From Lepidodermella squamata (Eukaryota > Animalia > Gastrotricha), in contig JBLDXI010000009.1 in assembly GCA_047495785.1 (NCBI GenBank), positions 1,178,001 through 1,242,000 of the forward strand: a stretch of 64,000 bases of DNA, written 5' to 3'. Position 1 is the first letter of the stretch. The number at the start of each line of letters is the position of its first letter. The notes under the pieces are model-generated. The model did no database searches. It saw nothing but the letters and a program-made list of their open reading frames with translations, and had not been told where the DNA came from. The translations under genes and the position numbers were made by a program. Positions 43,764 through 56,068 of the stretch are shown in pieces.

Positions 43764-44693
43764 TTTCTCTATTTTTCACGCTCCGAGCTAAAACGCAGGA
43801 TCTCAGACGGTAACGACACCTGAAACGACTACCAGCAAGAGACCAGGACGACTTTAGATCCGAGAAGCCATTGTACAATAGTATAATAACAAATCCAAGG
43901 TTATTTGAATGTGGATTAAAATATTTTCCTAAAAAGACAAAGCAAGTCAAAATTATGAAAGTGCATTTTTTAACAACGCAACGACGGAGGCAACATATTT
44001 TGACCATGAACCTAAAGAAATAATTACTTTCATCTTTCTTTGTATAGTAGATATGCAAGTATATATAGTAATTTTTAGACAGATATTCATATCGACAGGA
44101 CTCGCGAGAAATAGAATAAGACATTATACATTTTGAACCGTTCACATATTTTGTATTAATGCAGGATGAATTCCGTAATACTGGGCTAAATCGCAAAATT
44201 AAATTCGGGAACGTCAAAACCGAGGCATCTCTCCTTCTCTTTTACTGCCATTTCAACATGACTGAGCTTTTATCGACAGATCTATCATCTTCTTCACCAT
44301 CATCATTATGACTGCTATTTACAAATAAAACTCTCATCAACCAGATTCGGGGGAAAACATGAGTTAAGTAGAAGGTAGAAAATCCAGGCGCAAATGATAT
44401 TTCAACACCGAGATTCTAACAAGTACATCAGGTGGCAATACGCTAAACGGTAACAAAGAAAAGGTTCTCTCTCCTTTTGCGATGAAACAACAGATAAAAA
44501 ATAAAAAACACGCATTGCCTGCAGCTCAAACATTGAAACAAAACCGTTCAGATGTTGCAATCAAATGACGTTCTTAGGCAGATAAAACGTGAGCGATAAT
44601 CTACAAAGCAATGAGGACTCAGAGGATTCGGACAACACAATAATTTCGAGAGCTCTTTCAGTGCTAACAATTTAATGCTAACATTCGCAAAGC

Positions 44694-45248
44694 CTAATGA
44701 TAGAGGTAAGCTAGCACTCCATAAAATGAAGCAATCATTATGGCAGGTGTGTAAGAGAGTCCACTGGCAGCATTGCAGAAGTCACTGCTGCAATAGTAGA
44801 ACCAATTGGCGACCTTGTCGCTGCCAGCTCCAGTACGCTTGAAGCCAGGTTTATCGAGATACTTGCCGATGGTGTCGGCATCGTAAAACGCGCACTGGCG
44901 AGTCGTCCGTGAAACATCCTGTCCTCGATCAGTGACCTTTGACTCGATTTTGGCACAACCCTGAGCGCAGTCTACGACATATTTGCTGTCGGAACCATTC
45001 AGCTTTTTTGCATCGAAGTTGGCACATACATCGCCGAGATAATAATCGGCAATGGTAAATATTTTAGCTTCGCCATTACAATCTGCTGTGCCGTTCTTCT
45101 GGCAGCTACGAACTCTGTAAGCTGGTGTGCTTCTCAACTTATCATCAGCGTTTCGATCGATGGTTTTTGAGGTACAAACAAAGCACTTAACTGCTAACGT
45201 TGAAGCAACCACACAAGAAAAGGCGATGAACAGTAGACAGGACTTCAT
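44694..45248 (-). CDS. Ly6/uPAR three-finger-domain GPI-anchored protein (quiver/sleepless-like superfamily)
   Basis: Single coding exon, 184 aa: signal peptide, VKCFVC start, CSSDFCN end motif, small-residue omega site and hydrophobic C-terminus. Confidence 0.85.
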   Translation of the reverse strand: MKSCLLFIAFSCVVASTLAVKCFVCTSKTIDRNADDKLRSTPAYRVRSCQKNGTADCNGEAKIFTIADYYLGDVCANFDAKKLNGSDSKYVVDCAQGCAKIESKVTDRGQDVSRTTRQCAFYDADTIGKYLDKPGFKRTGAGSDKVANWFYYCSSDFCNAASGLSYTPAIMIASFYGVLAYLYH

Positions 45249-45407
45249 TTCAGGATTGCTGTTTCTTATATTGGATAACAGTAAATTAATGTATCTACTT
45301 CAACATAAGTTAAAAATGTTTAAATATGACCAATTGAATAAAACCATGAGCTAGAAGATATTGAGACTGGAGTGTAGTCAATATCAACCAAATCGGTTAA
45401 ATTTAGG

Positions 45408-45415
45408 CTTATATA
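45408..45415 (-). promoter_or_regulatory. Candidate TATA box of the Ly6-like gene
   Basis: TATATAAG on the - strand about 160 nt upstream of the ATG. A splice acceptor lies 10 nt before the ATG. Confidence 0.35.
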
Positions 45416-46331
45416 GGCTCGCAACCAGGGTGAAGTAAAAATACTTTACAAGCGACGTCATCAGTCCCTTGCTTGCGTCAAACAATTACAAAGAGTTGGC
45501 ATCTGGCATTGGTAGCCCAATTCTAATTTTTTGCACGATGTAGTAGAAAGCACATTCAACTCAACACCAGGCTGCATACACACATACATACACACAAAAG
45601 CCGTTGAACTTCTCACCGGCGTTCGTTGCCGCCCAAGCACAGAAAAAGCGAAACAGGGGACTTTTGTCTTGATTTCCATTTCTCAAAATTTCATTTTGTT
45701 ATTTTTAGTTATTTAAAAACATTTTTGTTTATCTTATTATAAATTAATGTGAACGTTGGACATACCCACGTTGTTAAACAGAAAAAGCGCGGGCAAAATT
45801 GTCAGCGCGATTGAAAAGTGTTTGAAAAGTTTACGAATCACGGGGTCTCTCTCTATAGCAAATTTATGAATCACCAGTCGCGATCAGCATGGAGCGATAA
45901 ACTTCAGGTTGCTTGCTATTACCTGGAACAGTGGTTATTTTTGAGTGTGCTCTCGTTCATTCTTGATTCACCGTTGACCAGGTTTTCCAGGCCAGGTTTC
46001 GTAGAATTTGAAGTCTAAAGGAGATATGAAAAGGCTGCAACTCATCCATTCTCCATTGCCCTTCTTTTAAACCCAGAAGTCACAAGGGTTAACCAAGATA
46101 CCGAAAGAAGTAGGCATTGATAGTTCAAAGATTTGCGGTGATCTAGCCAGCTTATTTTGAAATTAGAATGGGTTTGGATTGGCAGAGTTGAAAATGCGCC
46201 ATGCAGCTAAAAATGCACATATGCAATATATGGGTATCACTTAAATGTCGATTGATCGCTGTAACATTGTTGGATGGCTTAATTTTGCATCATTCATGCG
46301 TTCTAGGTTTAGTTAGAAGCGAAACCTTTTG

Positions 46332-47259
46332 ATGGCTCAGGCGACCGGTGATGCTATGCCCACATTCAAGGTAAATTGTTTGCAAATTGGTGTTTGATGG
46401 TCTCAAATTTTATTTTCAGCTCGTCCTTGTTGGCGACGGTGGTGTTGGCAAGACAACTTTTGTAAAGCGTCATCTTACTGGCGAATTCGAAAAGAAATAC
46501 ATCGGTACGTTGAATGCTCTCTTTCTCATCTGTCTTCCTAAACGACTTGATTTTAGCCACACTTGGTGTCGAAGTTCATCCGCTCAAATTCATGACGAAT
46601 CGCGGTCCCATTTGTTTCAACGTATGGGATACCGCTGGCCAGGAAAAATTCGGTGGCCTTCGCGATGGTTACTACATTCAGGGCCAGTGCGCTATCGTTA
46701 TGTTCGATGTTACCAGCCGTGTCACGTACAAGAACGTCCCCAATTGGTATCGTGATCTTATTCGTGTGTGCGATAACATCCCGATCGTCCTCGTCGGCAA
46801 TAAGGTTGATGTGAAGGATCGAAAAGTCAAAGCCAAAGTCATCACCTTCCACCGGAAAAAGAATATCCAAGTAAGTTTCACTGACGAGCTTATTAGCATC
46901 CCATTGAATGATGAGAATTTCGCAAAATGCTGGTATGATGATAATGATTCCAAAATTGTCCCTCTAATCTGATAATGGGTTATCCCATTTTAATAAGGAT
47001 GAAAACAATATCGGCCTTCCTTGAAACTATTGATTTTATCTAGTACTACGATATTTCTGCCAAGTCAAATTACAACTTCGAAAAGCCTTTCCTTTACTTG
47101 GCGCGAAAGCTCACTGGTGATCCCAACCTTGAGTTTGCTGAAGCTCCTGCCATCGCCCCACCTGAAGTCACAATCGACGCAGAAGTTATCAAGGATTACG
47201 AGCAACAACTTGCTGCCGCCGAGGCTGCTCAACTACCTGATGACGACGAGGATCTCTGA
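46332..47259 (+). CDS. RAN: Ran GTPase
   Basis: Exons 46332-46370, 46420-46504, 46557-46870, 47044-47259. Motifs: [66 protein letters not shown], acidic tail LPDDDEDL*. Confidence 0.98.
46900..46979 (+). ncRNA. Intronic box C/D snoRNA targeting 18S rRNA (SNORD127-like guide)
   Basis: Lies in Ran intron 3 (173 nt, versus ~50 nt for the other two). Terminal stem CCCATT/AATGGG, C box ATGATGA 46908-46914, D box CTGA 46969-46972. Guide TTGTCCCTCTAA (46956-46967) is complementary to the conserved 18S segment UUAGAGGGACAA. Confidence 0.85.
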
Positions 47260-47701
47260 ACCAAGCCGTCAACCTCAGCGTATGACTGGATCCAAATACC
47301 CGGTTTCGGTTTTCTGGCCTGTCCTATGTTACCGCTGTACTTCTTCACACGTTCTTATTTGGCTGTTTACGCCCAGATTTAATGAATTTTCACGCGCCCA
47401 AAATTAAACGGCGTTATCCGGTTTTCAATTCTCGTCTGTTTTGAGTTAGGCATTATGTGTGATGGCTGATTATTTCTACGTGATACGATTATTCACTTGT
47501 TATTATGCTAGCCGGAAAACGTATCCTACTTTCAAGAATAAAATAAACGTGACTGTACGAAATATACGACTTCTCCATGACTGCAACAAGTTTATTGATC
47601 TTCATGGCATATGAAAGCAAAATTTCGTCAATACAAAGGTAACCGGATAAATACGACGAGTAAAACGAGGAACGTTGGTAAATATGTAAAAGAGACATGC
47701 G

Positions 47702-49029
47702 CTAACTATTCATCGATGAAGTTGATGAAGAGGACGATGAGCTCGAATCTCCAACAAAAACTTGCAGAGAATTGAAAGTAGTTTCTTCCACTCGACTGAC
47801 TTCAATAGAGCTAGACGGGCTCGGCGAGGAATAGGAAGAAGATCCGTTTTGATACTGGTGGATTATCGCCAGCACTTCCGCCTCTTCCTCAGACTTGAAA
47901 TGCCGATCAAGCTGTTCCAAAGTAACGCGCACGCGCTTTTCAGCTATGTCCAATCTCTTCTTACTAGCAGGTCGATAACCAGCATCTTGAGCTTTCTTCT
48001 TGATTTCTTTCTGCCGCTTCAGTGGCACTTCTTGCCACCAAATCTCGGGAGGATTGACCTCGAGATGGGGTATCAATCTCCAAGGCTGCAATAAAATCGA
48101 AATGATTAGCATTGAATGACATATCTTGGGGTAAATTACCTTGAAATCTTTTTTCTTTGAAGCCCCCCGCGGTCTTTTGGACTTGACGGGGCTAACATCG
48201 ACATCCTCGACATACTCAGCCGTTTCCTCTATTGTTTCCAAACCGGTTTTCTCTAGAAAATGATATTTGGTTCTTGCAACGTTAATACAAAAATAATGAG
48301 AAATATACCAGGCTTGACAAAATTTTTGTTGCAGTAGAGAGCGACCAATTCAGAATCCGCATCAGTTTGATGGTCCTGTACATCCATTGCCGACTCTCGG
48401 GACGAACTTGCATTAGCCGATAAAGATCTTTCGGAGCCTGACGACTCAGCAAACGTTGCATCCATTGATTCATGGGTACTACTACCTGATTCACTTTTGG
48501 ATTGTTCGGAACGGTTTTTCCGACGTGCTGTACGGCGTGGTCTTGCCCTGATCTGAAGCGACTCCATTTCAACATTTAGCGCAATCGTTTCACCCAAAAT
48601 TTCGCTCGGCGAAGAAGTTTGAAGCATCGAACTCTCACAATTATTGCTATTCTCTTCAAACACAGCGACGGTTTGAATGGATTTCTAATAAATATGTTGA
48701 GTTTTTCAAGTTAGGCTTAGAAATACTCAATGAAACATACAATCAAAGAAACAGGTGCAGCCATTGGTTTACACTGCGTCAAACGCCGTCGACTTCTTCT
48801 TAGCCCGTCAGTTTGCTGACCGTCGCTATTATCGCTGTGGTTAGACACCGTTTCATCAGCCGTTGCCTGAGATGCCTTGGTGAATTCCGCCGCCTCCCGA
48901 AGAAGTGAGCTCATCACGTTCGAACGCCGCGGTCTGTTACTTTGTATCGGGCCTAAACGACCACTGTATTCAAACAATTTAAAAATTCAGAAGAAAATAG
49001 AACAAACCATTGCTTTCAGCAACATGCAT
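47702..49029 (-). CDS. Tantalus/PRR14-like protein
   Basis: Five inferred exons (start MHVAESN/GPIQSNRPRR). Ser-rich and probably disordered. The spliced motif LVALYCNKNFVKP/EKTGLETIEE resembles the Tantalus-domain core as I recall it (IYTNKNY..P....LETIFEE). It is followed by a basic patch and a helix ending TLEQLDRHF. Confidence 0.7.
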
Positions 49030-49159
49030 CGGCTTGGTAATGCGATGAAACAAAACAAATAAATTCTAAAACATCAAGGATGGACAAATATTGAAAACGA
49101 TTCATGGAGAAACTGCGCGAAAATTTGATAAAGAGGTAATTTCGAAAGTTCTATCTCAA

Positions 49160-52100
49160 TCAACCGGAGAGAATTTGCTCATAAACATTAGTCAGAGCAT
49201 GAAAGTCCTCAGCATCCGACACCGGCAAGACCGTAGGTGGTACTGTTGTGACGAACCGACGGAACCGGGTAATGCAAGATCCTAGTTCTGGTTTGAGCTG
49301 GTCATTGAAAGCTACAGTTTGAGCAGCAATATTATTCGCCTGTTGCGCGAACGGGATATTCGCCCCGGTTGCACCAGATCGAATAAGTTGCAGATGAATA
49401 ACGGCTTGGGAAACGATCAGCTGAAGCAGCGAATGAAGTAGTGCAGCAATAATTCCATGATTAATTGCCTTGAACGCGACAAAAATTAATTAAATTGAAT
49501 ATTATAGCAGAAAATAAGTATACCCCATGCTTTGAGGAGGATTCGTGACCGCCGTCACTTGGTCTCCGCATTCGGCGAACCGTGGCGTGAAAACACGCAA
49601 ACAAAAAGCCGAAAGTGAGGCTATTAGGAATCCGCGACCTCGACCCAGCGCCGCCTATCTTAGGGCTAGAAGTACCGAGAGATACCAAGGAGAAATCTGC
49701 TTCAACCAAAGGGATGACCTGGCGCCCTCCTTGGAACTGTAATGTCGTAAGATCAACAATTTTATCGAATTATTTACATCTCAACTTACAATATCGCCAT
49801 GAACAATGTGAGTCAGAGTTGGGGAGACTCGAAGCAAGGCATTTGCAGCACATGAACACAGTTGAATGACATTGTCCTCAGTGGTTTTGCAATCAGCCGC
49901 AGTTGAAAGCGTCGAATGCGAATAGTTGTTCAGCAGAACGAAAGCGCTCATGAACATGACGCAGATTATCTCTGTCAAACTGAGATCCGAAGAAGTTTGA
50001 TACGCGGCTTGGTCTTGCACCGATAAGCGAGACGCGATTCGTTCGATCAATCGCGTCCAGGCCGAGCAGATCGCGAAGTGAAGGGCGTCAGATGACGGCG
50101 TCAAATGGAAAGCCAGCTTAGCAAAACGAGCCTTGTAAACCGCCAGAAATGTGCAAGTCGTCTCGGTGTTGACGAAATAATTTCGATCTCCATCGCTATG
50201 CATCAGCAAAGCAGTGATTATATCGATTACGATAACTGTGGCTTTTCTCAGAATCGCATCCGCGGTTGGCTGGGAACCGGTTAACGCCACCTCAAGGAAC
50301 GCGTGGTTGTAAAATGCGTTTGACAGGGACGACAAAACCCGTTTCACAGCAAAAATCTGCGATCTGTTTTCGCTGAACTCTGACGAGGCGTTAAGAGTAT
50401 GGACTACATTGAGCAAAAACGTCAACGCGTCAATATTCACTTCGCCAATATTGTTGTCTTGAATAGTCTTTGCAGTACATTCGACTAGTTTGCAGATGAA
50501 AATTTCGTTCCGAAGGATAACCGATGTCATGCCAACGCTATTGCTTAGCAACAACGCGTTTATCACAGATAGAGCAGCGGAGAAAAATTCCGAGGCAATG
50601 CGACTGTCCGATTCAGTAGCCATAATTTGGGTGATGACGTCAGCCGCTAGCGTTGGAAAACTTTCCTGGCAGCTAAATGCGATTGTTTGGTCATTAATGG
50701 CGTGTTTCAGCAGCTCGGCTAGTAAGGTCAGGGACAAAATGCCAGGTTCGTCAAACCTGATAGGTATTTCGTCACCAAATGCGTGTACTGACATCACCAT
50801 TCGACTTATCTCGGTACATTTGGCGAAAACCGACGGAGGGGTTGCGTTCAGTAAGGCGGCTGTTGACTTCATTGGCACGTTACGCATTCGAGAATTCGTT
50901 GAAAAGGCAGATTTCGCCCAGTTGCGAACCATAAGGACAATCGCTCGCAGAAACGAAGGTAGCAAAACGCGACTCAGTGCGACAGTCCTCTTCAGAGCAA
51001 TTGAATCTTGAAGCGATTGCAGATCTGTCAAGATATCAATACAGACCGAAGCACAGCTATCGATAATTTCCAACTGCTGGCGAGGTTTGACAAGCTGATT
51101 CGGTAAATTCGAAATAGATAGTGTATCTAAGAATGTTTGAATCGTCGCAGCTGCCGTTGAACAAGTTTGAGATAGCGGGAAGAATTCGCCTTCATCATCG
51201 TTCAACAATAGGAAGTCAAAAACCGATTCGAGTTTAGACGTTACCAGCCCATTTTCGAACATTGGCGTCAATTTTTGCACCAACGTAGCGTTCAAACCTA
51301 CAGAGCTACCAGGTCGGCAAAAATTGAACATTTCCAATGACAGAATATCCATCACTGTCAGGAGACAAGCGATTTGAGATTTCCTGTATGTTCCTTCCTT
51401 AGCAACATCTGCTTCCAGTGGGTAGACGATGGAAGCCCAGAAATTTTGCTGGCCACTTTCTTCAACCAACTGCTTCGCAAAATTCTGGTGTCGACCGAAT
51501 CGCCAAGCTGCTGCAATAATTTTCAAGGAGGCCAGGTATAGCGAAGGCAAGGATTGATACAACTCGAATCGAGCAATTATCGACATCACCAGGGGTCGAA
51601 TTTTAGGTGCTAAATCGCCGAAGAAGGCGGGTTGGTATTGCATAGTTGCCTCGACAAGACCCATTGTCGATTGGATGAGCATGAGACGAAAGTTCGCACT
51701 AGTTTCACTTGTCACGTACTTCTCCTCCTCAGAAATCGTTTCGACGATTACAGATTGAAACTGTTTTCGTTCATTCAACGACAAAAGACCGTTCAGGGAA
51801 AGACTATGGCCTAAAACTGTGACGACGAGAGCTACCAAATCGAAACAAAGCCGGCGGTTGTTTTCATTCAAACTCAACAGCCGATTTGGCGGAAACGAAG
51901 AATTTGTCAGATAGACAACAGCTCGAGCTAAATCAGCCGATCCTACGGCAATTGTTGATCCAACATCCCAATTATCAGATCTTACGCTGATGAATCGATA
52001 GAGACGAAGCATACACGAGAGGAATGCTGAAATCAGCGATTGTAGCGACGGTTGGACCAAATTTTGCTGATGCGTGTAAGCATTGGGTGGTTGACTGTTG

Positions 52101-54009
52101 CTATCGGCAATCGATAAAATGAAATCCACGACTTTGGAAGGCAGCGAATTAGACACGTGATTTAAAAGCGGGTCAATAATGAATAAATTGTTGAAAGCCT
52201 GTAAATTACTAAGCTTATTCGAGGCGAAATTATGCACGTCAAAAATTAAGGCGGATAAAGCGTAGATATTCCGCAAATGATCGACTCGCTTCTTCAAATA
52301 CGTGAATCGCCAAGTCGCTACATTCGCTAACGAAGTATGAAGGAACGAATCGAGAAAGGCGAGCAGGTTTTTGCGAATCGAATCGCCGTACATCCACTCG
52401 AAATATTTCGTCTCGAGAAACGCGGACATCAGAGTGCATATTGCGGCTGTGATCTGAAAATCAGCGTACCGGCATTCGTAGGTTGAAAGCAGTTCGCCAT
52501 ATAGACCGCCTAACAAAACAGGCGCCCAATAGTCGTCCATTATTACGGCAACTTCTTCCGGGCAACGGATAGCGAGAGCGCCGAAGAAATTCATTACACC
52601 CGAGATTACGGAGACAACTTGGCGGACAAGTTGGGGAGACTCGCGAACAGCATTCAAACATGGAGCTAATCGAGAAAAAGGTCCCAAAATCGAAAACGTG
52701 GTCTCGAACCATGCGGAAGATTCCAAATTTTTAGCAAGCCCATAAAACAATCGGGCTATTTCAGCTAAAAGATCCAACACCGTCCCATCATCTAGCTGAA
52801 CTGCGTCGCTGGCTACTGACGAGGTAACGGCGGCAAACCAGTCGAAGGCGTTATAGTTGTGCTAAAAATCGCAATGAGAGATGAATTAATAGTAAAAATT
52901 ATTGAACTAACTGTAAATAGAACTCGCTGAATAGCTCCATTTTCGGGCCAATTTGAAAGCACTAAACCTTTGGTGCCTTGGGGTAGGACCAAATGAACCC
53001 CACCTGGAGGTTTCCACGGCTGCAACAAAGTCACTGTAGCGCAGTCATTAGGATGGCTAAGTTGCATAACGCTTGTGACAGGAAAGTTCGAAGCTAATAT
53101 AATATAGCAAAAATTAGGAAAATAACCGTCAAATAATGAAACGTACGTAGCTGAACGGTAAAAACCGCCATGTTCGAAAACGCATTTCGAATGACTGTGG
53201 CGCATTCTTTAGACACCGAAGCACAAGCCGAGAATAGTTTCGTGATCGGCAGTGGGTACAGAGGGAAAAGCTGATAGGCTGAAGTAAAAATGAACTCCAA
53301 TCCGCCTACACTTTCCAAGTTATCGTGTATTTCCTCAATATCAGCCAGTTGTGTTGATTTCAGGAAGTATTCTGAACTTTTCGGATACCGCACAACTTCG
53401 GCAGTCAATGTAGTTAGTTGAGCGATAGTTTCTTCCGACATGTAATCTTCCGGAACTTTTGAAAGCCATAAATCGATTGCGTGCAATAATTCACATGAAA
53501 TCGCATCGAGGCACGGGATATCAAAACCGGCCTCTCGAAATAGCAACATGTGAGTGGCCATGTTTCCGGGGCAACCACTGTTGAGGAATTTCAGGAAACC
53601 ATCCGCCCAAATCGCGTTATCATTGACTGGTAAAAGTTGGTGATAGGTTTCACACATGTTCAAAACCGCCAGGTCGCTTTGGTCGACAACGTTACGCCAG
53701 TTGTGGCGCTGGGAAGGAGCGCGGCTTCGAGTACTCAGCCATTCAAGGCGATGATACCGAAAATTAACTGCAGTTGACAAATAAATCACCCAACGCTGCA
53801 GCAACGGGTCATTTACGGTGAATGCCGATCGACCAAGGCCCTCCCCTGAACAACAAATATGATTCACTAGAAAAATTTGATCGAAAATGCAAACCAAGAA
53901 CGTCCTCGACAGTTTTCGCACCTCCGACCAAATCTATGCTGGATGAAAATAGAAACTTCCGCAATTTAGCGGCCAGCTCAGCCAACTCAGAGCCAGCAGG
54001 AGTTGCCAT
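49160..54009 (-). CDS. NUP188: Nucleoporin Nup188-like
   Basis: About 1500-aa helical solenoid over several exons, including ORFs 53094-53921 and 49781-52780. Motifs: SH3-like insertion LVLPQGTKGLV...YNAFDWF, QLFPLYPLPITKLFSA, YECRYADFQIT, QQNFWASIVYPL, C-terminal LLQLIVSQA...LKPELGS. ATG 54009, stop 49160. Confidence 0.8.
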
Positions 54010-54166
54010 CAATTATTTAATAATAAACCCTAGAAAATATTATAAGTTTTACTTTCCTCGCACTTTGCTAATAGCGCACTTTTTACGGGGTATTAATAAA
54101 GAAACTATTTCCGCAATCAAGCTTGGATTGATCAATCACAACAAGCATCGAATGCTCATTCAAATT

Positions 54167-56068
54167 TCACGATTTCACCTCTTGTTTTTTATCCTCGTCC
54201 GTAGTTTTGATATCACCTTTGAGCGCTTTATAATCTTTATCTCGCAAAATTTGACGAATACGTTCGACGAGGCCGCTTGAGTCGTTCAGAACCGTTTTGC
54301 CTCCTAGAAAAAAAATTCAATGTTAGGAGTAGAGTAACATTATCGTATGTAACGGACAATCAACGGCGCAGTCTCCGATAAATTTGATAAATAAATCGCA
54401 GAACTTCAACAATTCGGTTCAACGTCCTGCGAATGATCGCAATTCGGTTCAAAATATTTGCGATGACAGGCGAGGATAGCAATGCCATTATTTTGCCTTC
54501 CAGGCCGCCATCATTAGATTGCTGAGTTTGTTCGGATTGTTCGGTTTGCTGAGCAGTTGATCCGCCTCTCTCTTCACGTCGCGAGTTGGAACCTACACAC
54601 GCAAAGAGAGGTGCTTTACAACGCTCTTTTCAAATAGGTGTTTTAGCTAGGCTATGCGTAAATTTCCTAATTCTAACTATCAATTTTAATGAAAAATATC
54701 CAAACCTGTTGTGTTGTTAGTCATGCCATTTATACTTTCGCTGGCATCGTAGTTCTAAATCAAATAAAAGAAAGTAATATCTGATTATTTTTTCACCATA
54801 TATCTTACATCGAGCTCGGCAAAAGCAGAAAGCAGTGCTTTTTGTTGCTCAGTCATTTTGGAAGGAACTCTGATCTTAAGATGAACATAGTGATCGCCAT
54901 GCCCAAAGCTGTGCAGCCGGGGAAGACCTTTATTTGGAAGACGAATTTTGGCATGAGATGACGTCCCGGGTGCAATATTAATGGTAACGTCGCCGTGGAC
55001 ACCTTGAATGCGCTTCGTTCCGCCTAAAACGGCTTGAGCAATAGAAATCGATGCATCCGTGTGTACATCTGCACCGTCGCGTCTGAAATAATCCGACTTT
55101 GCCACCCGAAATGTAACAAATACTTCCTGTTTTCCAACTGTTAGGCGCATACTCTGACCGTCTTCAACACCGGGCGGGACATTGACAGCGACATTGCGCC
55201 TTTGAACGGTCTGGCCTTTCCCATCACACTCTCTACAAGGGTTTCGCACGATTGTTTTACGACCTCTACATTGCCTACACATTGTACGCATAAAAAACGC
55301 TCCGCTAGCAACTGTTTCCATCCCAGTGCCATTACACGAAGGACATTTTATAGGCTTTGATCCGGGCTCAGCCCGTGAACCACCGCACTTTTGACAGTTG
55401 TCGATCAAATTCATTGATAATTGCTTAGTGCATCCTCTTGCTGACTCTTCAAACGTCAGTGTGACGCTCATTTCAGAAGAGGGTCCATGACCAAATAATG
55501 ATTCAGCAAAGCCAGATTGCTGTCCGCCGAAACCTCCGCCGCCACGAAACACGCCCTCGAATTCACCGAATATCTTGCGGAATAACTCCTCGGGATCAAT
55601 ATTTGTATGATATTGCTCGAAACCACTAAAACCACCGGCACCTCCAGGCCCGCGTCCTCCGGCACCAGGGGGAGGAGGCATGTTTGCACCGGCCATACCG
55701 AACTGATCGTACTGGCGCTTTTTGCCTTCATCGGAAAGAACGTCATACGCCTCAGCGAGCTCTTGAAATTTCTTTACAGAATCTGGAGCCTTGTTCGTGT
55801 CAGGGTGATATTGTTTCGCTTTTTGAAAGTAGGCCTGCTTTATTTCCTTCTGAGAAGCAGTCTTGCTAACGCCAAGAACGTCGTAGTAATCTCTTTTCGT
55901 TCCGTATTTATCGCTTGTGTGAATAGACCTAACATGACCAGAAGTTACCGGTTGAAAAGACAGCAAAGCGCATTTGTGAGCAACATGCGATAAATCCCGG
56001 GAAAAGCACTCCACAGCGACGATTCGAGTCAATCTCAACGCAGCTGGCTGCAAACACCGAGTTAACAT
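54167..56068 (-). CDS. DNAJA3: Mitochondrial DnaJ co-chaperone DNAJA3/Tid1, two alternative last exons
   Basis: Exon 56068-54809 holds a presequence, the J domain (DYYDVLGV...YHPD), a G/F region, four CxxCxG repeats and the C-terminal domain. Exon 54754-54706 is followed by either 54592-54360 or 54303-54167 (both phase 1). Confidence 0.93.

Noticed and set aside
45860-46300. Small gene or H/ACA snoRNA upstream of Ran
   Set aside because: The spliced ORF would be only ~35 codons, and the hairpins lack a convincing H box/ACA arrangement. It needs an Infernal search.
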